Assembly: GCA_965116495.1 (NCBI GenBank)
Contig: OZ220696.1
Coordinates: 3,584,001 to 3,648,000 of the forward strand
Origin: Gammaproteobacteria bacterium
Lineage (GTDB): Bacteria; Pseudomonadota; Gammaproteobacteria; Eutrophobiales; Eutrophobiaceae
Direction of reading: 5' to 3'
Length of the DNA: 64,000 bases
A program made the translations under genes and the position numbers. Shown piece after piece: positions 40,930 through 51,630 of the stretch (its first letter is position 1; each line of letters starts with the position of its first letter). A model generated the notes under the pieces. The model did not search any database and was not told the origin of the DNA. It saw nothing but the letters and a program-made list of their open reading frames with translations.

Positions 40930-41540
40930 TGCCCAACAAGAAAAACCTGCTCCTGAGTACGCTGCCGCTGATGGTCATCTGCTTCGCCGCAGTGCTGGGG
41001 ATTTATGCCCTGGGGCAATTCCTGGAAGATAACATCACCCGCAACCGGCACCTGCCCATCCTCGAGATCGGCGCCGAAGTGTTGCCGCTGGAGCACGATA
41101 ACGACCTGCCCGCAGACAGGCTGAGCGTCGACATGTCCACGTATTTCGGCACCGATACGACAACCGGCGTCTACCGCGCCCGCCTCGGTGGAGAACCCGT
41201 GGGCGTCATATTCAGCCCCGTGCGCGCCAGGGGCTATAACGGCATGATGGAACTGGCCGTAGGCATTCGCTACGACGGGACCCTGGGCGGCGTCAGGGTC
41301 CTGCAGCACCGGGAAACGCAGGGTCTGGGCGACCAGGTCCACCAGGACAATTCACCCTGGATACTGGCCTTCAACGGCCGCTCCCTCGGCAACACCCCCG
41401 AAGACGGCTGGGCAGTAAAACCTGACGGCGGCATCTTCGACCACATCAGCGGCGCCACCTCCAGTCAGCGCGCCGTCCTCCGCGCCGTGGAACAAACCCT
41501 GAAATACTACGCCGCCAACCGTGAAAATCTCTTCATGTAA
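40929..41540 (+). CDS. rnfG: Rnf/Rsx subunit G
   Basis: GYNG, HRETQGLG, SGAT FMN site. Confidence 0.92.
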   Translation: MPNKKNLLLSTLPLMVICFAAVLGIYALGQFLEDNITRNRHLPILEIGAEVLPLEHDNDLPADRLSVDMSTYFGTDTTTGVYRARLGGEPVGVIFSPVRARGYNGMMELAVGIRYDGTLGGVRVLQHRETQGLGDQVHQDNSPWILAFNGRSLGNTPEDGWAVKPDGGIFDHISGATSSQRAVLRAVEQTLKYYAANRENLFM

Positions 41541-41609
41541 TTTGGGACACCCATGAATTACCGATAATCCCAAATTCATGGGTGTCCCAAATTAATATGG
41601 TAGAGTAGG

Positions 41610-42998
41610 ATGATGCGACATTTTCCGGTTTTTCTGGACCTGAACAGGCGCCGTTGTCTTGTGGTCGGTGGTGGTGAGGTGGCTGCGAGCAAGGTGCAGC
41701 AAATGCTCAGGTCGAATGCTGACATACTGGTCGTCGCGCCCTGGGCGGGGGAGGAAATACTGGCGCTGGAGCAGCAGGGGAAGTTAAGACGCGAGGCCAG
41801 GGCGTTTATGCCGGGTGACGTGGTCGGTTGTGCGCTGGTGATCGCTGCCACGGCTGACAAAGAGGTCAACGTCCGGGTTGCCGAGGCCGCCAAGGCGGAC
41901 AACGTGCCGGTCAACGTGGTCGACAATCCTGCCCTGTGCAGTTTCATCATGCCCTCCGTGGTCGACCGGGACCCGGTGCAGATAGCCGTGTCCACGGGCG
42001 GGGCCTCGCCGGTCCTGGCCCGGCTGCTGCGGGTAAAACTGGAAACCCTGATACCGGCAAGCTACGGGCGCCTGGCGACCGTGGTGCGGGAGTTCAGAGG
42101 GCGGGTAAAACAACGCTTCCCGGAATTCAGGCAGCGGCGCCGGTTCTGGGAGAATATCCTGCAGGGGCCGGTGGTCGAGATGCTGTTTGCCGGGCGTGAA
42201 GCCGCAGCCGTACAGGCCCTGGAGGACGAACTCGACAGCGCCGAGCCGACCGACCTCCGGGCCGGCGAAGTTTACCTGGTCGGCGGCGGCCCGGGCGATC
42301 CCGACCTGCTCACGTTCCGCGCCCTGCGCCTGATGCAGCAGGCCGACGTCGTGCTGTACGACCGGCTGGTTGCCCCGGCCATAGTAGAACTGGTCAGGAA
42401 GGAAGCAAAGCGGATCTACGTGGGCAAGCGCAGCGACAGCCATACCGTGCCGCAGTCCGATCTCAACACCATGCTGGTCGAATTGGCGCAACAGGGCAAA
42501 CGCGTGCTGCGCCTGAAGGGCGGCGACCCGTTCGTATTCGGCCGCGGCGGCGAGGAGATCGAGGAGCTGGCCGCGGCCGGCGTCCCGTTCCAGGTCGTGC
42601 CGGGCATCACCGCCGCCGCCGGTTGCGCCTCCTACGCCGGCATCCCGCTGACCCACCGCGATTACGCCCACTCCTGCCTGTTCGTCACCGGCCACCTGCA
42701 GGACGGCAAACTGGCCTTCAACTGGGCGGCCCTGCTGCAACCGAAGCAGACACTGGCCATCTACATGGGGGTCAAGGGGATCGACGTGCTGCAGAATAAC
42801 CTCCTGGAACACGGCATGCGCCCGGACCTGCCCGCCGCCGTCATCCAGCAGGGCACCACGCCGAACCAGAAAGTCTACGTGGGCACGGTGTCCACGCTGG
42901 CAAAAACCGTCGCCGACCAAGAGGTCAAACCCCCGTCAATGATCGTCATCGGCGAGGTGGTGAAACTGCACGATAAGCTGACCTGGTTCCAGAAGTGA
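41610..42998 (+). CDS. cysG: Siroheme synthase
   Basis: VVGGGEVA, GPGDPDLLT, RLKGGDPFVFGRGGEE. Confidence 0.96.
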   Translation: MMRHFPVFLDLNRRRCLVVGGGEVAASKVQQMLRSNADILVVAPWAGEEILALEQQGKLRREARAFMPGDVVGCALVIAATADKEVNVRVAEAAKADNVPVNVVDNPALCSFIMPSVVDRDPVQIAVSTGGASPVLARLLRVKLETLIPASYGRLATVVREFRGRVKQRFPEFRQRRRFWENILQGPVVEMLFAGREAAAVQALEDELDSAEPTDLRAGEVYLVGGGPGDPDLLTFRALRLMQQADVVLYDRLVAPAIVELVRKEAKRIYVGKRSDSHTVPQSDLNTMLVELAQQGKRVLRLKGGDPFVFGRGGEEIEELAAAGVPFQVVPGITAAAGCASYAGIPLTHRDYAHSCLFVTGHLQDGKLAFNWAALLQPKQTLAIYMGVKGIDVLQNNLLEHGMRPDLPAAVIQQGTTPNQKVYVGTVSTLAKTVADQEVKPPSMIVIGEVVKLHDKLTWFQK

Positions 42999-43051
42999 AT
43001 TTGGGACACCCATGAATTTGCGAAAATCCCAAATTCATGGGTGTCCCAAAT

Positions 43052-43459
43052 TTACTGCTCTTTTTCCAGGTCCAGTGCGACGGAGTTGATGCAGTAGCGC
43101 AAGCCGGTAGGTTTCGGGCCGTCCGGGAAGACGTGGCCGAGGTGGGCGTCGCAGGCGTTGCACAGTACTTCCGTGCGCAGTCTGCCTAACAGGCTGTAGT
43201 CGTCCTCGGTCTTCACCGCGGCGGCATCTCCGGGCTCGTAAAAGCTGGGCCAGCCCGTGCCGGAGTCAAATTTGGCCCCGGAACTGAACAGGGCCTGGCC
43301 GCAGCAGGCGCAGCGGTACGTGCCCGCGTCCTTGCAGTCATTGTACTTGCCGGTAAAAGGCCGCTCCGTCCCTTTGCGGCGGCATACCTCAAATTGTTCC
43401 GGCGTCAGGTCCTGTTGCCATTCCTGCTCGGATTTGACGACTTTGCTGTTCTCGGACAT
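43052..43459 (-). CDS. msrB: Methionine-R-sulfoxide reductase
   Basis: GTERPF, GTGWPSF, HLGHVF, RYCINS. Confidence 0.96.
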   Translation of the reverse strand: MSENSKVVKSEQEWQQDLTPEQFEVCRRKGTERPFTGKYNDCKDAGTYRCACCGQALFSSGAKFDSGTGWPSFYEPGDAAAVKTEDDYSLLGRLRTEVLCNACDAHLGHVFPDGPKPTGLRYCINSVALDLEKEQ

Positions 43460-43650
43460 ATTGGATCTCCCGTGTTGAGGAGTGCAAGTTTACACATTAA
43501 TAATGTAATAAAGAATAGGTGTCCGCTGGATACCGGCCTGCGCCGGCATGACGGCCACCATTCCTGCGGAAGTAGGAATCCACTGGATACCGGGTCAAGC
43601 CCGGCATGACGGCGGGCGTATTCCCGGCATGACGGCCGGCAGGGTGGGGG

Positions 43651-45090
43651 CTACAATACGGGGGAATTAATCAGGTTATGCGGCGTTGGGGCCGGCGCCG
43701 GGTCGGCTTCTGCCATTGTTTCCTCGTGGGTCAGGTGCATCAACATGGCGTAGTACTTGCGGATGTTTTCCACGAACTTGACCGGTTCATAGCCCCTGGC
43801 GTAGCCGTATCTCGTCTTCGAGTACCACTTGTGGTCGGTCAGCAGGGGTAACGACTTTTTCACGTCGGTCCAGGAATCGGGATCGCCGCCGCTTTTCTGG
43901 GTGATTACCCGGGCGTCCTCGAGATGGCCGAAGCCGACGTTATAGGAGGCCAGGGCGAACCAGGTGCGGTCCGGGTCGGGGATGCGGTCGGGTATCTTGT
44001 CCACCAGGATGGTCAGGTACTTGGCGCCGCCGTAAACGCTCAGCACCGGGTCCAGGCGGTCGCTGATGCCGACCTGCTGCGCCGTCTGCCTGGTCAGCAT
44101 CATCAGCCCGCGCACGCCGGTGGGGGAGCGCGCCGAATTCTTCCAGTGGGACTCCTGGTAGCTGATTGCGGCCAGCAGGCGCCAGTCAAAGCCGAACTCG
44201 TTACCGGCATTCATGAAATAAGGCTTCAGCTCCTGCAGCCGGTCGTTATAGCCGTCGATGAAGCTGCGTGCTTCCACGTAATCGAACTTGTCGGCAAACA
44301 CGTATGCCTGGTCGATCAGGCCGGCCAGTTGGCGCGTGCTCCTGACATGGTCGTAGAACTCCCGGATCGCCCTGATGAGGGAATCATCCTCGGCGGAGCG
44401 CCGCACGGCCCAGCCCAGGGGTTCGGGTTCGGACAGGTCGAAGGCCACCCGAAGCTCCGGCAGGGAGATGCGCGACCAGGCCACCTCGTTGGACCAGGCC
44501 ACGGCGTAGAGGATCTTCCCGTACTCGATCATCTCCAGCAGTTCCAGGTCGTCCTTGTCCTCGTGCGTGACCAGTACCAGGTCCGGGTAGAAGGTCTGCA
44601 GGCGGTCGAGTTCCTCCCGGGTCAGAGCATTGCGGGTCACATGCAGCCGGTGCGGCGCAATCCCCGCCAGCGAGGACGGTCGGATATAACCGTGCCGGTA
44701 CACCACCTGCCGGGTGGCCCATTGAAAGCCGGGGCCGAATGCCAGGGGATCGCCCGGCGCCAGGGACCGGGTCAGCCCGGCTGCCGCGACGTCCGCCTGT
44801 CCCGAGACGAGCAGGTCGGTGATCTCCTCCCTGCTGTCTGCCAGGCTCAGCTTGAAATCGACGCCCAGCCAGCCGGCAAACAGCCTCACCAGTTCGTATT
44901 CCAGGCCGCGTTCCCCTTCCTCAGCGTCGCGCTGGTACGTCATCGGGCCTGATTTTGTCACGACGCGGACTATCCCGGTGTCACGGATCATCTCGATCTG
45001 CGAGCGCTTCTCGGCGCAACCCAGCGTGAACAGGAACGCGGGCAGGGCCAGCCCGGTTAAAATGACGACACGTTGTGCGGCACTAACCAC
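43651..45090 (-). CDS. mltF: Membrane-bound lytic murein transglycosylase F
   Basis: SBP-like domain plus YQESHW, SPTGVRGLMMLT, YNVGFGH, GYARG; GTG start overlaps the egtD end. Confidence 0.93.
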   Translation of the reverse strand: MVSAAQRVVILTGLALPAFLFTLGCAEKRSQIEMIRDTGIVRVVTKSGPMTYQRDAEEGERGLEYELVRLFAGWLGVDFKLSLADSREEITDLLVSGQADVAAAGLTRSLAPGDPLAFGPGFQWATRQVVYRHGYIRPSSLAGIAPHRLHVTRNALTREELDRLQTFYPDLVLVTHEDKDDLELLEMIEYGKILYAVAWSNEVAWSRISLPELRVAFDLSEPEPLGWAVRRSAEDDSLIRAIREFYDHVRSTRQLAGLIDQAYVFADKFDYVEARSFIDGYNDRLQELKPYFMNAGNEFGFDWRLLAAISYQESHWKNSARSPTGVRGLMMLTRQTAQQVGISDRLDPVLSVYGGAKYLTILVDKIPDRIPDPDRTWFALASYNVGFGHLEDARVITQKSGGDPDSWTDVKKSLPLLTDHKWYSKTRYGYARGYEPVKFVENIRKYYAMLMHLTHEETMAEADPAPAPTPHNLINSPVL

Positions 45091-46084
45091 TCTGCGCCAG
45101 TACCAGGGAGAAATAGCGGTTGTCCGGCTCAAAATGGCGGATAACCCCGAGCCCGAATTCCTCCAGCAGTGTTTCCAGTTCATCATGGTCAAACTTGTAG
45201 CTCAATTCCGTCAGTATCTGCTCGCCGTGTTCCAGCCGGATGCTCAAATCCAGCCTGCCCAGGGTAATTTCCTGGTCAAGTTCGGATACCAGGTACATCT
45301 CGATTCTGTGCAACTCATTATTATAGACAGCCAAATGGGCGAAATTATCCACGCGGAAGTCCGCGTCCAGTTCCCGGTTGAGCACCTGCAGCACGTTCAG
45401 GTTGAACTCGGCGGTGATGCCCCGGACATCGTTATAGGCGGCATGCAGCACGTCATTGTGTTTTATCCGGTCCGCCCCCAGCAGCAGAAAATCGCCTGGC
45501 TGCATGCGCCGGCGGATGTCGCCTATGAAAGCGCGCACTTCGGGGGGAGTGAAATTGCCGATGGTGCCGCCCAGGAACATGAACAGCCCGGCGCCCGGGT
45601 AGTGCGGCATGTTCGCAAGGCCGGCATGGTAGTCGCCCAGCAACGGCCTGACGTCAAGCCACGTGTAATCAGCCTGCAGCTTGCCGGCCGCCTCCACCAG
45701 CACGGGCTCACAGATGTCAAACGGCGCGTACACGCAGGAATGGCCCTGCCGTTCACAGGCATCGAACAGGTTCGCGGTCTTTTTCGATCTGCCGCTGCCC
45801 AACTCGATCAGGAAATCGGGCCGGGTCAGCGCAATGATCTCGTCACCGTACTGCCGCAACAGCGCATCCTCGGTGCGGGTCGGGTAATACTCGGGCGTGT
45901 CGCAGATGCGGTCGAACAACACCGCCCCCCGCGCATCATAAAAATACTTGGGCGGCAGCGACCGGGGCGGCTCAAGCAGACCCGCCCGGGCATCCTCCTC
46001 CAGCCCCGGCACATGCCAGGCCGGCGCAATCGCCACACACCGCACAGCACCCGAGTATCGCCCGGAACCAGTCATAGTATCCAT
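45083..46084 (-). CDS. egtD: Histidine N-alpha-methyltransferase
   Basis: LPPKYFYD, EYYPTRTE, ELGSG, FLGGTIGN, TELSYKF. Confidence 0.9.
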   Translation of the reverse strand: MDTMTGSGRYSGAVRCVAIAPAWHVPGLEEDARAGLLEPPRSLPPKYFYDARGAVLFDRICDTPEYYPTRTEDALLRQYGDEIIALTRPDFLIELGSGRSKKTANLFDACERQGHSCVYAPFDICEPVLVEAAGKLQADYTWLDVRPLLGDYHAGLANMPHYPGAGLFMFLGGTIGNFTPPEVRAFIGDIRRRMQPGDFLLLGADRIKHNDVLHAAYNDVRGITAEFNLNVLQVLNRELDADFRVDNFAHLAVYNNELHRIEMYLVSELDQEITLGRLDLSIRLEHGEQILTELSYKFDHDELETLLEEFGLGVIRHFEPDNRYFSLVLAQSG

Positions 46085-46339
46085 CACATAATTGTACCCG
46101 ACTTGAAGAATAAATTTGGGACACCCATAAATTGGCGGAATAATTTGGGACATCCATAAATTTCTGGGTTCCGGCTTGCGCCGGAACGACGGGGTGGGTC
46201 TAATTTGGGACACCCATAAATTGCTATAATTTGTTAATTTATGGGTGTCCCAAATTAGCTGTTATGATAAATTCAATGAGATGGCGACTAAGATAAGTCC
46301 CATCATGAGATGGCGACGCCGACCCCGACCCCAAAGGAT

Positions 46340-47608
46340 ATGACCTCCATTTATAGCTTAGTTATATTCCTCCTGCTCTGCGTTGCCCCGTCCATCGCTC
46401 CGGGTAACGATGTATCCGGCATACAACCTCCCGGCCCGGCAGCGCCCGGGCTGGTCCGGTCCATTGCCGGCTACGAAAAACAGATTGCCGAGATGGAGGT
46501 TGCCGAAGGTCCCCATGCAGCCGGGCTCGTCGAGGCCCGCTCCAGCCTGGGGATGCTCTACCAGCAGGCCGGGGACCACGGCCGGGCGGTTACAGTATTG
46601 CGGGACGCCATGCAGTCAGTGCGCGTCAACGAGGGGCTGCACAGCATGAGCCAGGTCGCCTTACTGGAGGCCATCATCGACAGCCGGGTCGCCCTGGGCG
46701 CCAGGGATGCGTTGCGGCGCGACTACGAATACCTGTTCTGGCTGTACCAGCGCAACTACGGCGAGCGTAACGCCGGCCTGGTGCCGGTGATCAAGAAGCT
46801 GGGCCAGTGGTACTTCGACCTCTACAACTTCAGCCCCCCGAATACCACGGTGGAACCCCTGATCGCAGCGGACGACCTGTATGCCAGGGCACTGAAAATC
46901 CTCCCGGAGGATGCGCAGCCCCGGGACCGGGCAGACATCTTATATAAGGTGGCCGTCATCAACCACCATGTCGCCGAGGACGTGCAGGACCCGATGCTGT
47001 CGCACCGGGAGATCCGTGAAGCCATGATCCCGCACGGCCGGAGCAGCCCCTACCTCCACGAAACGGCCGTGCGCCAGTACTACGCCGACCAGAGTTTCTA
47101 CAAGGGCAAGCGCTCACTGAAGCGCATCGTCGAGACCTACGAGAAAACCCTGCCCGACGGCATCATGGACTACGCCCGGGCGCTGGTGTTCATGGGCGAC
47201 TGGCTGACCGTGCAACGCCGGGTACTGGAGGGCGCCCGCCTGTATAGGCAGGCCCTGGCCGCCCTGGAACAGCACGACGCCGACCCGGCGCAGGTGGATG
47301 AACTGTTCGGCGAACCGCAACCCATAGAGCAACTCCCCGTCCCGGGCGAGGCGGAGACGCAAGCCGGCGCCGGCAGCTACTACGTTGACGCCCTGCTCGA
47401 CGTACCCAAATCAGGTTGGCCCACCAACATCAGGATACAGGCCGTCCACCCGCCTGAAGAGACCGCCCTGATCCGCCGCGCCGAACGCGGCATCGCCGCC
47501 ACCCGCTACCGCCCCGCCTACCGCAACGGCCAACCGGCCACCACCACCGACGTCCCCCTGCGCTTCGTCTTCAAGCACAAGGACCAGCCCTCATGGCTCC
47601 ATTTTTGA
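46340..47608 (+). CDS. Exported TPR-like protein with a TonB-C-like C-terminus
   Basis: Signal peptide, helical repeats (RVNEGLHS), C-terminal YRPAYRNGQP. Confidence 0.65.
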   Translation: MTSIYSLVIFLLLCVAPSIAPGNDVSGIQPPGPAAPGLVRSIAGYEKQIAEMEVAEGPHAAGLVEARSSLGMLYQQAGDHGRAVTVLRDAMQSVRVNEGLHSMSQVALLEAIIDSRVALGARDALRRDYEYLFWLYQRNYGERNAGLVPVIKKLGQWYFDLYNFSPPNTTVEPLIAADDLYARALKILPEDAQPRDRADILYKVAVINHHVAEDVQDPMLSHREIREAMIPHGRSSPYLHETAVRQYYADQSFYKGKRSLKRIVETYEKTLPDGIMDYARALVFMGDWLTVQRRVLEGARLYRQALAALEQHDADPAQVDELFGEPQPIEQLPVPGEAETQAGAGSYYVDALLDVPKSGWPTNIRIQAVHPPEETALIRRAERGIAATRYRPAYRNGQPATTTDVPLRFVFKHKDQPSWLHF

Positions 47609-47614
47609 ACCGCT

Positions 47615-47803
47615 AAATTTGGGACACCCATAAATTGCTATAATTTGTTAATTTATGGGTGTCCCAAATTAGCCCCGCTCCGTCGTTCCGGCGCAGGCCG
47701 GAACCCAGAACTCCGACGTCGTTCCGGCGCAGGCCGGAACCCAGAACTCCGACGTCGTTCCGGCGCAGGCCGGAACCCAGGAATTCATGGGTGTCCTGAA
47801 TTA
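47615..47803. repeat. GGGACACCC pair plus three 36-bp GTCGTTCCGGCGCAGGCCGGAACCC units
   Basis: Direct tandem copies without unique spacers. Confidence 0.85.
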
Positions 47804-47927
47804 ACCTGCAGTATGAATTCATAATTCACCTGATAACTGAATAATTACATGATATTTTCACTTATTGACTTCATTTTTCACGTAAAACAGCTATAGTGAC
47901 CGGGAAATGAAGCCAAATACCCCGTTC

Positions 47928-49085
47928 ATGTTCGAAAGACTCATTAAAAAACCGCTGGAATCACGCAAGAGCTTTTTTCTCTTCGGCCCGAGAGGGACCG
48001 GCAAGACCACCTGGTTGAAACACCATCTCCCTGGTGCGCTGTTCATCAACCTGCTGCAATCCGAGTTCTACAACCGCCTGACTGCAAATCCCGGATACCT
48101 CAGGGAACTCATCCCCCCCGGTTACCGGGAACGGGTTATTATCGATGAAGTACAGCGTATCCCTGCGCTGTTGAACGAGGTACACGACCTTATCGAATCA
48201 AGAAACCTGGACTTTGTCCTGACCGGTTCAAGCGCAAGGGCGTTAAGACGGAAGGGTGTCAACCTGTTGGCCGGCCGCGCCCTGACGTATTTCATGCACC
48301 CGTTGACGGTAACCGAGCAACAGGACGCGTTCGACCTGCACAACTCCATACTGCTCGGCCACCTGCCCGCACGGTTCAGCGAGGACGACCCCGGCAAATA
48401 TCTCAAGGACTACGTGCAGACGTACCTGAGGGAAGAAGTCATGCAGGAGGGCCTGACCCGCAACATCGGCCATTTTTCCCGGTTTCTGGAAGCGGCCGGC
48501 TTTTCCCAGGGAGCAACGGTCAATATCAGCGCCGTGGCACGCGAGGCACAGGTCGAGCGCCCGGTCGCAGAGAACTATTTCTCGATACTGGAAGACCTGC
48601 TCATCGCCGTGCGCCTGCCGGTATTCAGCCGGAAAGCGAAAAGAAAACTCATCACACACAGGAAATTTTATTTTTTCGATACCGGCGTGTTCCGGGCGAT
48701 CCGGCCCCTCGGCCCCCTGGACTCCGATGCCGAACTGGACGGTCCCGCTTTGGAAACACTCGTGCTCCAGGAAATCAGGGCGCTGAACGATTACCTGGAA
48801 TGCGATTACCGGCTATATTTCTGGCGCACACGAACCGGCCTGGAAATCGATTTTGTCCTGTACGGGCCGCGCGGCCTGCTGGCCATCGAAGTAAAACGCT
48901 CGCCACAGGTCCAGTTCAAACAAACTCGAGCGTTGCGGGAATTCAAAAAAGATTATCCCCCCGCCAGGTGCTACATATTCTATGGAGGGACTACCCCCCG
49001 GTACATGGAAGACATCACCATCCTGCCCATCGAATACGCCCTGAAAAATCTCGACCGTATACTAACCGACGACCAAGTAATTTAG
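47928..49085 (+). CDS. AAA_14 ATPase with DUF4143 domain
   Basis: GPRGTGKT, IIDEVQ, LTGSS, KFYFFDTG, EIDFV...AIEVK. Confidence 0.88.
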   Translation: MFERLIKKPLESRKSFFLFGPRGTGKTTWLKHHLPGALFINLLQSEFYNRLTANPGYLRELIPPGYRERVIIDEVQRIPALLNEVHDLIESRNLDFVLTGSSARALRRKGVNLLAGRALTYFMHPLTVTEQQDAFDLHNSILLGHLPARFSEDDPGKYLKDYVQTYLREEVMQEGLTRNIGHFSRFLEAAGFSQGATVNISAVAREAQVERPVAENYFSILEDLLIAVRLPVFSRKAKRKLITHRKFYFFDTGVFRAIRPLGPLDSDAELDGPALETLVLQEIRALNDYLECDYRLYFWRTRTGLEIDFVLYGPRGLLAIEVKRSPQVQFKQTRALREFKKDYPPARCYIFYGGTTPRYMEDITILPIEYALKNLDRILTDDQVI

Positions 49086-49120
49086 GACACCCATATAATG
49101 CTTGCGCTGCCCCACGAAAC

Positions 49121-49348
49121 TCAGGCTTCATCAGCTATGTCAAGGATGGATTTCTCCGACATCCGCCCCTGTTTGATATCATCAAGGCCGGCCAGTACAT
49201 GATTGAGTGTCGTGCCGGCTTCCATATCGTGGCGGATCAGGTCGCGTATATATTCGCTTGGCGTTGCGTAAACGCCGGAGTCGCCCGTTCGACTATCGAC
49301 GAATTTCCGCAGTTCATTTGTCAGGGATAAATTCAAGCTGCTTGCCAT
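49121..49348 (-). CDS. ParD-like CopG/RHH antitoxin with no adjacent toxin
   Basis: LNLSL...FVDSR..G.YATPSEYIRDLIR. Confidence 0.8.
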   Translation of the reverse strand: MASSLNLSLTNELRKFVDSRTGDSGVYATPSEYIRDLIRHDMEAGTTLNHVLAGLDDIKQGRMSEKSILDIADEA

Positions 49349-49542
49349 GGTTTTTTCTCAAGTCATCAACCTGGTAGATATACAGTATAAATCTGATGAC
49401 ATATATCGTCAATATTCGACAACAGATCCAATTTGGGACACCCACAAATTGCTATAATTTGTTAATTTATGGGTGTCCCAAATTAGCCCCGCCCCGTCGT
49501 TCCGGCGCAAGCCGGAACCCAGAAATTCATGAGTGTCCCAAA

Positions 49543-50103
49543 TTACACGCAGTCAAACACCCGCGGCACGAACCCTGCGTCATTAATAATACTGGCGCTG
49601 TTACCGGTGGCCCGGATGACGAGCAAGCCCTGCCGCTCTGCATATAACGCCGAGTCCTGCTCCACCCGCAAATACGCCACCGCACCATAGACCTGCTTGC
49701 CCCGGTATACCGGTTCGTACGCCGTGAATTTATTCAGTTTCTCCAGGAACCGCGTTACATCATCGGCCTTCAGAGTGGTCTTTACCTCCACAACCACCAT
49801 CTGCTCGCCGTTCCCGGCCAGGATGTCGAACTCATAATGCTCGCCATTGCGCCGGCCGCGCACCCGGGGATGCGTAGACTGTACATTGATGCCTCGCGCC
49901 TGCAGCAAGGGAACCAGGTCGCCCTCCACCAGGCTCTCCATCAGCTTGCCCCACTGGCTGGTGAATAAGCCTGCCAGCTTTTTCATCTGCCGGTCGGTCT
50001 GCTTCTGCTGCTTGGATAATTTCCTCTGTTCTTTTGATACCTCGCGCAGGATGGCCCAGATTTCTTCGGGCGTGGCGGGTTGGCGATGCAGTTCCTTTTC
50101 CAT
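49543..50103 (-). CDS. Coiled-coil plus PD-(D/E)XK nuclease-fold protein (DUF3782-like), copy 1
   Basis: QTDRQMK heptad, WGKLMESLV, EFDIL...VVVEVKTTL. Confidence 0.8.
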   Translation of the reverse strand: MEKELHRQPATPEEIWAILREVSKEQRKLSKQQKQTDRQMKKLAGLFTSQWGKLMESLVEGDLVPLLQARGINVQSTHPRVRGRRNGEHYEFDILAGNGEQMVVVEVKTTLKADDVTRFLEKLNKFTAYEPVYRGKQVYGAVAYLRVEQDSALYAERQGLLVIRATGNSASIINDAGFVPRVFDCV

Positions 50104-50328
50104 GATGACATTCTCCGTTTCAGTTCAGGTGATGTTTAGAAATAAACAGGATCTGAGTATAGAGCAAATTCACTTTTACACAATACCGGCCACACCCGCT
50201 CCTAAATTTGGGACACCCACAAATTCCTGGGTTCCGGCGCCCCCGTCGTTCCAGCGCAGGCCGGAACCCAGAACTCCGAACGTCGTTCCGGCGCAAGCCG
50301 GAACCCAGAAATTCATGGATGCCCCAAA

Positions 50329-50928
50329 TTACGCGCAGTTAAACACCCGCGGCACAAACCCCGCGTCATTAACAATACTGGCGCTGTTGCCGGTAGCCCG
50401 GATGACGAACAGGCCCTGCCGCTCCGCGTGTACCTGTACGGAGGTGTCCGCCTTGAGGTAAGCTACCGCGCCGTAAATCTTCTTCCCCCGGTAGCCCGGC
50501 GCGTATTCCGTGAACTTGCCCAGCTTCTCAAGAAACTGCGCCACGTCCTCGGCGCGCAGCGTGGTTTTCACCTCCACGACCACCACTTCCTCACCGTTCT
50601 CGGCCAGGATGTCAAATTCGTAGTGCTCACCGTTACGCCGTCCCCGCATGCGGGTATGCGTGTATCGTACGGTAATTCCCCGCGCCTGCAACAGGGGAAC
50701 CAGGTCGCCCTCCACCAGGCTCTCCACCAGCGCCCCCCATTGGCTGGTAAACAAACCCGCCAGTTTTTTCATCTGCCGGTCGGTTTGTTTCATCTGCTGG
50801 TCGGTTTGTTTCTGCCGCTTCCGGATTTTTTCCATATCCAGCGCTGCTTTCTCCTGTTTCTCGGCAATACGATCCAGGGTGGCCCAGACTTTTTCAGGAG
50901 TAGCGGGTTGATGTGATTGGTTTTCCAT
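50329..50928 (-). CDS. Coiled-coil plus PD-(D/E)XK protein, copy 2
   Basis: Paralog with a divergent C-terminal variant. Confidence 0.8.
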   Translation of the reverse strand: MENQSHQPATPEKVWATLDRIAEKQEKAALDMEKIRKRQKQTDQQMKQTDRQMKKLAGLFTSQWGALVESLVEGDLVPLLQARGITVRYTHTRMRGRRNGEHYEFDILAENGEEVVVVEVKTTLRAEDVAQFLEKLGKFTEYAPGYRGKKIYGAVAYLKADTSVQVHAERQGLFVIRATGNSASIVNDAGFVPRVFNCA

Positions 50929-51048
50929 GATGACATTCTCCTTTTCAGTTCAAGTGGTGTTTAGAAATAAACAGGACCTGAGTATAGAGCAAATTCACTT
51001 TTACACAATACCGGCCACACCCGCTCCTAAATTCAGGACACCCACAAA

Positions 51049-51630
51049 TTACGCGCAGTCAAACACCCGCGGCACGAACCCCGCGTCATTAACAATACTG
51101 GCGCTGTTACCGGTGGCCCGGATGACGAACAAGCCCTGCCGCTCTGCATATAACTCCGAGTCCTGCTCCACCCGCAAATACGCCACCGCACCATAGACCT
51201 GCTTGCCCCGGTATACCGGTTCGTACGCCGTGAATTTATTCAGTTTCTCCAGGAACCGCGTTACATCATCGGCCTTCAGAGTGGTCTTCACCTCCACGAC
51301 CACCATCTCCTCGCCGTTCCCGGCCAGGATGTCGAACTCATAATGCTCGCCATTGCGCCGGCCGCGCACCCGAGGATGCGTAGACTGTACCTTGATGCCT
51401 CGCGCCTGCAGCAAGGGAACCAGGTCGCCCTCCACCAGGCTCTCCATCAGCTTGCCCCACTGGCTGGTAAACAAACCTGCCAGCTTTTTCATCTGCCGGT
51501 CGGTTTGCTTCATCTGCCGGTCGGTCTGCTTCTGCTGCTTGGATAATTTCCTCTGTTCTTTTGATACCTCGCGCAGGATGGCCCAGATTTCTTCGGGCGT
51601 GGCGGGTTGGCGATGCAGTTCCTTTTCCAT
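51049..51630 (-). CDS. Coiled-coil plus PD-(D/E)XK protein, copy 3
   Basis: Near-identical to copy 1 with one extra heptad. Confidence 0.8.
   Translation of the reverse strand: MEKELHRQPATPEEIWAILREVSKEQRKLSKQQKQTDRQMKQTDRQMKKLAGLFTSQWGKLMESLVEGDLVPLLQARGIKVQSTHPRVRGRRNGEHYEFDILAGNGEEMVVVEVKTTLKADDVTRFLEKLNKFTAYEPVYRGKQVYGAVAYLRVEQDSELYAERQGLFVIRATGNSASIVNDAGFVPRVFDCA

Noticed and set aside
47681-47780. 36-bp repeats as CRISPR
   Set aside because: Head-to-tail copies of the dispersed palindrome with no spacers.
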